From Narcine bancroftii (lineage: Eukaryota), in contig NC_091473.1 of the NCBI RefSeq assembly GCF_036971445.1, positions 207,948,001-208,012,000 on the forward strand: a stretch of 64,000 bases of DNA, given 5' to 3'. Of the stretch, positions 13,260 through 24,609 are shown one piece after another. The first letter of the stretch is position 1. Each line of letters begins with the position of its first letter. Made by a program: the position numbers and the translations under genes. Below the pieces are notes generated by a model. It was not told the origin of the DNA. It worked only from the letters and a program-made list of their open reading frames with translations, and did not search any database.

Positions 13260-16184
13260 GTTTCTCTAATTCAAAACTCTGATTTAATCGATTCTTTTTT
13301 ATTTTAGAAGTATAACTAATTATTTGTCCTCTCAAATAGGCTTTCATAGCATCCCATAATACAAACTTGCTTTGAACAGAATTAAATTTTCTTTCAAAAA
13401 AAATTAATTTGATTTTTTTTAAAAATCAATAAATTCCATATTTTTACCATCGTATTAAACCTCCAACGATAGGCCACTTGAATTTTCTCAGAAGTTGCAT
13501 ATGTAAAATATAACAAAGAATGATCTGAAATCACCCTACTTTTATATTCCGCTTGTTGTATTTTCTCTTGTAAGTGTGCCGATACTAAAAAGAAGTCAAT
13601 CCTTGAAAACGATTCATGTCTCGATGAATAAAAGGAGAAATATTTCTCCGTCGGATTAAGACGTCTCCAAATATCTACTAAATTAAGATCTTTCATCAAC
13701 GCTTGGACCTGAATTGTCATCTTGGATTTCTTAACTTTCTTCGGAGATTTATCTAATAAAGGTTCCAAAACACAATCAAAATCACCACCAACTAAAATAT
13801 TATCGTTAGCCTGACCCAAAAATAAAAATGCATCTGAAATAAATATTTCATCATCTGCAATTGGGGTATATATATTAAGTCCAAAATTCTCTAAAAATCT
13901 TACAATTCAATTTAAGAGAACATCCTGCCTTTTCCTCCATTGATTGTAATTCAAAAGATAAATTTTTATGTATCAAAATTGCTACACCTTTAGCCCTAGA
14001 ATTAAATGAAGAAGAATATACATGCCCAACCCAGTCCCTCTTTAATTTCATACTTTCCTTCAGATTCAAATGTGTTTCTTGTAAAAAAGCAATATCAATT
14101 TTCATTTTAATATACGCCAAGACTCACTTACGCTTAATCGTACTGTTTAATCCTCGAACATTAAAAGTAGCAAACCTCAACTTTGACATATCTACTATTA
14201 TTACTAAATACCAATAATATCTTTATATAAAAACTCAAATCAACGCATATAGGCCCTCAAATAGAAAAATAATCACAAATTAATAATTAACTGAAATGAG
14301 AATAAAAAAATAAAGAAAAAAAAGAACCCCCCCTCACAAAAAAAAGGTAGTAATCCCCTAAACAAAAATTGGGTGTGGGTTACCCACCAGTGGCTGATGA
14401 CTAGTAAAGAACTTAGAGCAAATCTCTCCCTCCCCAGCCAAACAATGTATAACATCAAAATATCATAATAACAAAAAAATAGAGTAAGAAAAAGAAAATT
14501 CTTCTTTTCATCCAAGAAATTCCAATTTCGAAGATCCCATTTCAGAAGAAGCTGGACTCTTTACATTCCTGTTTTTCCCATTTCTGCCATTTCTTCCATT
14601 TCCAGAACAAGCAGATTTTTCTTTAGGAGATCATAGTGCACTACGTCTTTGTCCTTTTATATCTGGCAAATGAATCAGCAAAAATCATTGCTTCACGATC
14701 ATTCTCAAAAAACCGAAATTGATAGTCTCCATAAAACACCTTCAACACTGCAGGGTAGCAAAAAGTAGACTTATAACTATTACGCCACAAAACTTCTTTA
14801 ACTGGATTAAATCGACGTCGACGTTGAATGGCCTCTTGACTCAAATCAGGAAAGAAAAAAACTCTGCTATTCTGAATCAATAACGGAGTTTGTTGTTGTC
14901 TCGCATTTTGCACTGCTAGTCGAAGTATTGCTTCTCTGTCCAAATAATTCAAACATCGAATTATTACCGGTCTCGGTGGTTGACCAGCTGAGGGTGTTCT
15001 TCTTGGAGCTCTATGGGCTCTTTCCAGTGCCAATCCTCCAGAAAAAAATTCTTGCCCTAATACTTGCGGGATCCAGTCTTTAAAGAAACGAAGAGGATCT
15101 TGTCCTTCTATACCTTCTGGCAAACCAACAATTTTCACATTATTCCTTCTGCTTTGATTCTCCAAGTAGTCTATTTTCCTCTCTAATTCCTTCTCGTGTT
15201 CTCCCAATTCTATGACTGATTTTTCAATCTTCAATACTTTTTCTGTGTTAGAAGCCACTTGTTGTTTACAGTCTGAAATAGCAGTCTGAATTTTTTTTAT
15301 TTCTTCATAAGATGCATCCACATGTACTTTAACTGTATTCAATTCTAAACTTATACTAGCATTCATTTGAACCATCTCATTCATTTAAGGCTGAATAACT
15401 GCATTTCGGTACATACACTATAGATCAGAAAAGCTCAGCCCTGCTCTCTCTGACATAGTGGCAGAACAGGGTAACTGCAGCTCCTGCTGCAACTCAACAG
15501 AAGGCATTTTAAAAGTTTTACTGTGGGTCTGGACTCCCAGTGATGGCACCCCGACTTCCTCAGGGGGTCGCCGCTGGTCTCCCCCCACATCTCGTTGTTT
15601 TTACATGAAATCACGAAGGTAAGTGATTTCTTCAGGTTGAAATGCTTCCTGATGCATTTCCAACAATGGAGTCGTCTTCCTGTGTGCTCCCTCTGTTGAA
15701 ATCGAAAGGCTTTCAAAATCGGGATCCACTTCTTGGGAACACACACCTTCTTCCAGAGAACAGGTAATTCCAGCACCATCCTTCACTTGGTGAATAATAG
15801 ACATTTTTTTTCAGCTCCCACAGGCAGTCTTTGAGGTTTAGACACTGAAGAGATTAAACCTGGGGCTGTATCAAGTCGTCTTGGCCCCAAATCTTCAGCA
15901 CTTCGAAAATGTAATTTCTTCTGGACTTGAGGTTTAATCTTTTTACCATTAGTGGCCATAATAGTTCCCTGATACTTTAAACTAAAATTTTAAAAGTTTA
16001 AACTTGAAAACAAAGGGTTAAAAAACGGGAACTTAAAAGTCTGGCCAGAGAGGTCGAGATTACACATCTAGACTCTACGCCATCTTGCCACGCCCCCCCC
16101 TCCACATCTCATGAATGAAGAAATAAGTGGCATACATTTTTATACCATTGTGACTGATCCATCACTATGTTGACTCCTGTGTTG

Positions 16185-16420
16185 GGTTGGCACAGTCAGT
16201 GTAGCATTAAGTCCAACTCTGTTATGGCACCAGCAGCCCAGGTTCAAATCCAGTACTGTCTGTAAGGAGCCTGTACATTCTCCCTATGTCTGCAAGGGTT
16301 TCCTCTGGGTGCTCTGGTGACCTGTCTCCCTTCTAAAGGGTTGATGGGATGCAAATGGAGTGTATGGGCTCATGCGCTGGAAGGGCCTGTAACCGTGCTG
16401 TGTGTATATTTAAATTTATT
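16185..16420 (+). mobile_element. tRNA-derived V-SINE-type element (related copies near 27590-27820, 33610-33845, 42030-42270, 42596-42833, 62180-62405)
   Basis: B-box ggttcaaatcc, core tgtacattctccc..gtctgc..gggtttcctc.gggtgctc.gg, taaatt tail. Confidence 0.75.
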
Positions 16421-17840
16421 AGGTAAATCTCACTATATTGGGATTGATTTCTGATCAAAATTGCAATGTAATTAATTCATTGTTATGTAATTTAATGACT
16501 GTTTCACCTTCTATTACCTTCGATTGTTGCATGGTGGTGTTGACTTGTTTCCATGGAAAGTGGATGGAGAATTTGTTTTCATTTGTATAAATGGCTGTGG
16601 ATCAATTCCCTGAGGCTTGTTTACACATGGGGCAGGTCTTCTCCACCAAGACCTGGTCCAAGGTCATGTTCACCCATCGTTTGTTCCTGTGATTTATTGC
16701 CCCATAATCTGAATTGGGGCCAGATGGAAAGGATGATGAAATGTACTGTGGGTTTGTGAGGAAGGACAGGCAGGGGAGGAGCAGAAATGTCGTCAGTTGG
16801 AGTGTTTCAAATGTGTCCAGGGAGTTGTAGCGCTATCGTTAGGATTAATATGCCTTAATTACCTTAAGACATCAACACACCTCACATGTTTCTAGCCCGG
16901 TTCCAAGGCAGGTTCTGAGGGAGGAGTTTGGGCAGATCAGCCTTTATAGAGATTTCCAGGAGGGAGGAATCACAGGTTCAGAGGTGGGCCATAAAATATA
17001 AACAATACAGTGGTCGCACCACAGGAATATTAGGAATAAAGGAAACCAATTTATTTAGAGCATGGATTAGAGCATGTGATGTTTTGGCTGTTACAGAGAT
17101 TTAGATGACGCAAGGGATAGGATGGAAGGTAAGAGTAGGGGTGGGTGGTAGATATGAAAACAGGTCAGGGATAGCATCACGGCTATGGAAAGGGAGGGCT
17201 CTGGAGAAGGAGTGTCTCCTGAGTCAGTGTGAGTGGAAGTCAGAAAGAGAAAGGGAGGAATCAGTGTTCTGGGAGTAGTCTATAGGTTCTCAAATGGTCC
17301 CCAAGATCCTGCGGAACAGAGAAGCAGGGAGAACTTGGAATGTTGCAGAAATTACAGGGTTGTTTTTATGGGAGACTTCCATTTCCCAAATATTTACTCA
17401 GTATTGGCCGTCTGCACCTGCGCTAGTTAAAAAAGGTTGGTGGCGGATGCCATTTCCAGGGGCTTGTTATCCATTGTATTGTTGAATTTAACTGTAAAAC
17501 ATTCATCAGAGGTTGCCACTTTTGCAGTATGGTTATTCGATGCATCAACAAACATGGTGTCAGAGTCTGAACCTGAAGCCTCCAAGTAAGAATTGAGTAA
17601 CCAACGCCACGTTTATGACTGCACCATAATGGCAGACTGATTCAGAAGGCCTGACCCGTTGCAGATCTACAAGAAGCTAAACATAACTAATCATTTGTGC
17701 TCAGTCCTTCGTCAAGCTCCAAGCTTTCCTTTGCCCATAACTGCTTTGAACGTTAAGAAGACTGATCACGCTTCCCAAAATGTTATCCCATTGGAACTCT
17801 GATCACCTGGCCGAGCTCATTTGCCAATACAAGGTTGAGT

Positions 17841-20800
17841 TGTGGTGATACGACCACTAGCCTACTGCAGGGGGTGATCTCTGTACCTGCAGGAAGACCA
17901 CCTAAGGGGGCTGACTCCACCTGGCTGGCTGTCAATTAGCCAACCCGAATATAGACCAGAGCTGGACCCTCCTAAGCCAGTCACACGGGGCGCCACCAAG
18001 GCATGATGTTCAGACTTTTGCTGGAATAAAACCTGTTGTCCAGTCTTTAGAGTTTTGTACTTTCTTGCCGCTGCCTCAGTGCTCCACAATGTATTCCAAT
18101 AAAACTTTTAAAGAGTGACCATGGAGAAGTTGACGATCGGGAGCCAAGAGATCGACCCTCAACACCAGGCACGCTTCGAGATCTGGAGGCATGCGAATGA
18201 GGCGATCTTCCTAACTCACCCACAAACCAGAAATGGCTCATGATGCTCCACACCAAGCAGAGCCTACGAACTTTCCAGGCCATCAAGGACTGTGCAGACA
18301 ACGAACCTGCGATGGCTGTCCTGGAGATAGTGTACAAGCCCCAGACAAATGTGTCTACGGCCGGTATCTGCTCAGCATCAGGTCTTAGCAGCCAGGTGAG
18401 AAGGCCGATGCCTAACTGGGGGCCCTGTGGGTGATAGCTCACACGTACCTGGCCGAGACGGGGTGACAGAAGGGGAAGGGGAACGACTGATCCAGGACAC
18501 CTGTGTGCGAGGGCTGCGCTCGAGGAGCGCCCAACAGAAGCTGTTGGATGAAAACATCGCCTCACTTGCCAGGACAATTGGGGTAGTCCGCTCCCTGGAG
18601 GCTGCAGCTCATCATGCTTAGGCCTTCTATGCCCAACTCCCCCAACCTCCGGTCTGGCAGATGCAGACGACCGCTGTCGCTGAAGGGCTTTACCTGGAGG
18701 AGACTATCGCTGCTGCCGGGTTCTAGTGTGGGTCAGACAGGTGATTCCACAAAGGCTGCCCAGCAAGGAACTCGTACTGCTCTCCATGCGGGAAGAAACG
18801 TCACTTCGCCCAAGTGTGCCTTTCCAGGCCCGTCGGGAGCGCAGCGGCCCTCCCGAACATCGCCACGTGTGAGGACCGGGCAACGCCATCACTCACCCTG
18901 CCACTTCCGCCCACACCGCTGACGTCACTTCTGGCCCACCCACCGACTGGCACTGCTGCCGTGCGCTCACCCCCGGCGCCGCCATCTTCTTCTGCACGAC
19001 TTGAGCCTCATCGAAGATGTCACTTCCGCTCGTTCAGGTGACGTCACCTCCAACTTCACAGCTGGTCCTATCGCCTTTCCACGTTGACGCCACGTGTGTC
19101 GGGACGATGTGGTCAACATGGGCGCACACCCGATTGAGCAGCATCCGCACCCCATGCCCAGAAAGAAGCCGCTGGCCGCTACTCACCTTATCCATCGAGG
19201 AGCAATGATGGAGATCGCTGTCAATGGGAAGATAACAAAATGCCTATCCGATAGCGGAAGGACTGAGAGCATCGTGCACCCGAATGTGGCCCGGACACTA
19301 AAGCTCCAAATCTAGCCCACCAACTTTTCTATCGCAGTCCAGGACCACTCTCTCACAGCCTTCAGGCACTGCTCAGTGGATTTGACAGTTGGGTTGCAGG
19401 GGGGGGGGGAGGGGAACTTACCAAGATTTCAGGCTCCCACCCCACCCCACCCCAGCTCTGTGCCCCAGTCCTCTTTGGGCTGGACTTCGAATGCCCCCCC
19501 CCCCCGGCTCACAGTCAACAGCATGCACCCCGTGCGACTGCCCCCAATCCACCTACGGCCTCTCCAAGTTACAAGTAACCCCTCCCATTCTGTTCAACTA
19601 CCTTATGTCAGATTGCAAGCACCAGCCCATGGAGAGCCCAAGTCCTAGTTGTAAAAGAGGATAGCAAACTGAGGATGGTCATCGATTATAGCCAGACCAT
19701 AAACCGGTACACCCAACTAGACGCCTACCCCCTACCCTGAATAGCCGACATGGTCATCGAGATAGCCCGCTCTTTGGTTTATTGACAATTGACCTAAAGT
19801 CAGCCTACCACCAGCTCCCTATCCATACATGGGATAAGCCATACACTGCCATTGAGGCAGATGGGGGCCTTGAGCTGTTCTGTTGGGTGCCGTTTGGGGT
19901 CTCTGTTTTCCAGCAGGAGATGGACCTCACGGTAGACCGGCACAACCTCAGAGAGACCATCCCGTACTTGGACTATGTCGCCATCTGCAGCCACGACCAC
20001 CAGGACCACGTTGACAATCTGGAGAGATTTCTCCGGACGGCCGAGGAGCTTAACTTCATTTACAACAAAGAGAAGTGCGTGTTCAGCACCACCCGCCTCG
20101 TCATCCTAGGATACATCATGGAACATGGTGTCGTCAGTCCTGATCCAGAATGCATGTGCCCACTAATGGAAGTGCCCCTTCCCCACACACTCAAGGCCCT
20201 CCACAGGTGCTTTGGACTTTTCTTCTATTACTCCTAGTGGATCCCCACTGACCCAAGCCATCACTTTTCCTCACCGCACCCCCCGAGTCACAAGAAGCAT
20301 TTGTCCAAATCAGGCAGGACATCGCTGATGCCACGATGCATGTTGTGGATGAGGACACCCCATTCCAGGTGGAATGCGACGCCTCTGATGTTGCCCTCAC
20401 GCAGCTACCCTTAACCAAGTCGGGGGCGACTGTAGCTTTTTTCGGCAGGACCCTCCGTGGTTCTGAGCTCAGACACTCCGCCATTGAAAAGAAGTGGAAG
20501 CAGTCCGCCACTGGTGCTACTACCTGGCAGGCAGGAGGTTCACCTTTCCTCACCGACCAGCGCGCAGTAACTTTCATGTTCAGTACCACCCATAAGGGCA
20601 AGATCAAAAATTATAAGATATTGCGCTGGAGAGTCGAGCTGGCCACGCTCAGCTACGACATCCAATACAGATCAGTAAAGTTCACCGACTCCCCAACGCT
20701 CTGCCCCGGACCTCCACCGTGGTACAATCTGACCAACTGTAGGCGCTGCACGATACCCTTTGTCACCCGGGTGTCACGTGCCTGTACCATTTCATCGTCC

Positions 20801-22079
20801 CAGAACCTCCCCTTCACCACACAAGAGGTCTAGACCATGACTGAGTCATGCGGGGTCTGTGCAAAGTGCAAACGGCACTGATTCTGCCTGCCACAGGCCC
20901 ACGTCATCAAGGCCACTCAGCCCTTCGAATGGCTGAGCCTCGACTTCAAGGGCCCCCTTCCACGAACAACAGTGTCTACTTCTTTGCGGTCGTAGACGAA
21001 TACTCCTGTTTTCCCTTTGCCATCCCTTGCCCTGACACCTCTACAGCCACCATTATCAGGGCTCTGACGTAGCTAATCACAATGTTCTGACACCCGACAT
21101 TCATCTACGCTAATCAGGGGTCTGGCTTCATGAGTGAGGAGCTACGCCAGCATCTAGTATCGTGAGAAATTGTGACTCGTCATACAACTAGTTATAACCC
21201 GAGGGTGAAGCGTCACAACGGGGTGATCTGTAAGGCAGTCCTCCTGGCCCTGTGGTCCAAAGGCTGCTCTATTGATTACTGGCAAGAGGCCCTCCATGGC
21301 ATTAGGTCGCTCTTGTGCACAGACCCCTCACGAGCTCCTTTTCTCATTCCCCAGGAAATCAGTGACTGGAATCTCATTCCCAGCTAGGCTCACATCTCTG
21401 CGACCGGTGCTCGAGCAGGTGCTCCTCATCCACATCAACTACACTTACGCCTATATCAGGTACCCCATTGGCCATGAGGACACCATCTTGACCAGGGATC
21501 TGGCACCAGCGGGGGCCCCAAACCCCCCCCCCCCCCCCCAGCATCATGACATCATGATTACCTGACCCAAGCACACCACTCTGGGTAGTCTTGGCCTATC
21601 TAGGAGCCAAACCACTCCCTCCCCCCCTCCAGCGAACCCCACTCCAGTTGGACCACACCTACCTCGCCACCCCCTGTTGACAGACGTGCAAATAGACACC
21701 ACGCTGCCCACACAGACGCCTGCCACGGTTACGCTCAACCCAGCCAGCCTCCGGCAACATCCACATGCTCGCCAACTTTTGACCAGGAACCACGGTTCCA
21801 GAGACTCCGATGTCTAAATTTGTAAATATCACCCGGCATCGTTCCACATGCATACCCCCAGGCCACCTGGCTGGCTGTCAATCAGCTGGCTGACCTGAAT
21901 AGACCTCCTGGGGGCTGACTCCACCTGGCCAGCTGTCAATCAGCTTACTTGACTATAAACTGAGCTGGTCCCTCCCTGAGCCAGAAGCCTTGAACTGTGT
22001 TCAGACTTTTACTGGAATAATGCCTTTCCTCCAATCTTTCGAGTTTTGTGCTTGCTTGCTGCTACCTCAGTGCACCACA
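17841..22079 (+). mobile_element. Gypsy LTR retrotransposon, degenerate (5' LTR 17841-18088; partial 3' LTR ending 22079)
   Basis: TGTGGTG...CCACA LTR ends; zinc knuckle CGKKRHFAQVC, protease DSG, RT IDLKSAYHQ/YLDY, RNase H VECDASD, integrase VVDEYSCFPFAIPC; many stops and frameshifts. Confidence 0.88.
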
Positions 22080-22312
22080 CCAGTATGACCCTCTTTCTGG
22101 TTGGGCTATCCACACACTTGTTAATGAAACTCTCCCACAGTCACGTAACAAATTCTGCCCCACCTAGACCTCTGGTGCTAAGCACGTCCCAGTCAATAAT
22201 GGTGAGATTAATGTCTCCCACTGTGACAATCCCATTACTTCTGCAGCTACCTATAAATTTAATCCCTACCTGTTCCCCCTTCCTCCTACTGATTACGGAG
22301 AGGCCCACGGTG

Positions 22313-22675
22313 ATTCAGATTTCAGATTTATTGTCAGAGAGTACACACATGACATCACATACAACCCTGAGATTTCTTTATCCTGCAGGCATGGTAGAAT
22401 TATCAATAACTGGAAGTGCATAAATAAGGTGTGCACAGTATAAAACAAAGATCTGTATCTAGATAACGAATGTCAACAAAGTTACTGTGCAATACAGAGA
22501 GAATAAAAAGAAAATCAACAAAGTGTACAATCCTTAAATGAGTCTCTGATTGAGTTTGTCATTGGGGAGTCTGATGGTGGAGCGGTAGCGGCTGTTCCTG
22601 AACCTGGTGGTGCGAGTCTTGTGGCACCTGTACGTCTTTCCTGATGGCAACAGCGAGAACAGATCGTGTGCTGGA
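22313..22675 (-). mobile_element. 3' end of a Rex1/Babar-like LINE
   Basis: PAHDLFSLLPSGKTYRCHKTRTTRFRNS C-terminal motif; AATAAA followed by a (tctgaa)n tail on the minus strand. Confidence 0.6.
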
Positions 22676-22724
22676 TTAAAGCCTGTAGTGAAGCCTTTTC
22701 TGTGTTTTGTTTCTGCTTGCTGCA

Positions 22725-24575
22725 CCACAGGGCACCACATGCTGCAACAGTGGGTGGATCACCAATGGTGGCTACTCGCTTTCTTCAGCAAACACATCCG
22801 ACCACCCGAGTTGAAGTACAGTGCTTTTGATCACGAACTGCTGGCAATGTACCTGGCCATACGCCATTTCTGGTGCATCCTCAAAGACCGAGTGTTGACG
22901 GCCTACAGGGACCACAAGCTGCTGGGTAAAGTCTGGAACCCCTGGTCAGTAAGGCCTTTCATACATCTTTCATACTTTTCATACATCTCCGAATCTACAA
23001 TGGACATCCGCCACGTAGCGGGGAAGTCCGACTTGGTACCTGATGCACTGTCCAGGCCAACAATTTTCAAGGTGACAGGTGCATCGACACAGCTCAGCTC
23101 GCCAGGGACCAGGCTGAAGATGCTGACGCATAGACATACCATACCGCCATCACCAGCCTACAAATTGAAGAGTTTGCACTGGACCCAGGAGGCCCAACAT
23201 TCCTGTGTGATAAGTCTACAGGCTACCCTAGGTCAATCCTGCCCGCAACCTGGAGACAGCAAGTATTCAATCAAGTACATGGACTCTCTCATCCTTCCAT
23301 CCAGTCAACAGTGTGCCTCATATCGGACAGGTTTGTATGGCATGGGCATCGGCACGAAGTTTCCCTTTGGGCAAAAACCTGTGTACAATGCCAGTGAGCC
23401 AAAGTCCATCAGCACACTAAAGGCCCAATGCAACGTTTCCTGCCTGAGGTGGACAGGTTTGACCACATGCACGTGGACATTGTAGGGCCCCTTCCCATCA
23501 GCCAGGTGATGAAGTACCTTTTCATCGTGGTTGACCGCTTTACACGCTGGCCAGAGACGGTGCCCTTGTCGGACTGTGACACGGAGACCTCTGTGAGGGC
23601 CATTACCTCACAGTGGGTTGCTCATTTTGGTGTCCCTTCCCACATAACTTTGGACCAGGGAGCCCAGTTTACCTCAGGGCGACAATGGCCAAATTCTGCG
23701 GCAGCGAGCTACACCACATAACTGCCTATCAACCCCAATCCAATGGGCTGGTAGAGCTGTTTCACCGCCACCTAAAAGCAGCCATCAAATGACAGCTGCA
23801 TGGGCCCAACTGGATGGATGAACTCCCATGGGTCCTGCTGGGCATCCGCACAGTGCGGCGGAAATGGTCTACAGCGCACCGCTCTCAATCCCAGGCAACG
23901 CCCATTTCAGCTCCACGGTACCACCACCGAATACCCTGGACGTCCTACAGCGGCTGAGGAACCACAGCGCCTACCCATGTCTGCATCCTACCACCACCCA
24001 CGGGACGCCAACCAGCCACGTCCCACAAGAACTCAAAGGCACGGATATTGTCTTTGTAAGACACGGCAAACCAGGTACCTCCCTGCAGTGCCCTTATAAA
24101 GGCCTTTCAAGATACTGAGAAGGGAGGGGGGTGTATATGCTCTAGAAATTGAAGGCAGGCACGACATGTTTACAAGAAAGCCCACTTGGACTGTTCAGAG
24201 CCTTTCCCTGCCTCTACACTATGGCTCTGGGTACACCTGCCAAAGACAATCTCCCAAACCTCACCCAAAGAGGTGTGGGGGTGGGGGGGGGGGGGACAGT
24301 GTGTGTAGTGGGCTGGGTTGCTGTAGTGAACAGCCAGAGCAGCAGGGCACAGGGCTTTCCCCCCACCCCCCACCGCGCAGAGGTTCCAGGCTGCAGCAGC
24401 GCATTGTCGGGGAACGGCCAAGCCTCACAGCAGTATGATGACATCACTCCTGTGAGCCTGTCTCCTCCCTGAAAAAGGAAGCTGCGTGGTTTGAATAAAC
24501 GGCAGTTACTGGTTTACTTGCTTGGTGCAGACAGCATTTATTTCAGTAGCTCTGCCTTTGGCAGTGCGACACACA
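22725..24575 (+). mobile_element. Second Gypsy relic (RNase H, integrase, probable 3' LTR)
   Basis: LAFFSK...KYSAFDHELLAMYLAIRHF; RFDHMHVDIVGPLP, VDRFTRWPE, ITLDQGAQFTS; G-rich tract followed by LTR-like sequence with AATAAA. Confidence 0.8.
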
Positions 24576-24609
24576 GTCTTTTTTACATGGGGGAGGGACG
24601 ACTTCTGAG

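Larger units (their letters stand above)
6208..16099 (-). mobile_element. Full-length L1-clade LINE (degenerate ORF1 from 15959, ORF2 from 14189) with two nested CR1 insertions
   Basis: 17-bp TSD ctccacatctcatgaat (6191-6207, 16100-16116); ORF1 LENQSRRNNVKIVGLPEG; APE FNVRGLN, LQETHL, SRIDFFLVS, SDHS; RT SLDAEKAFDRVEW, RQGCPLSP; C-terminal CFRC...HAVWSC. Confidence 0.95.
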
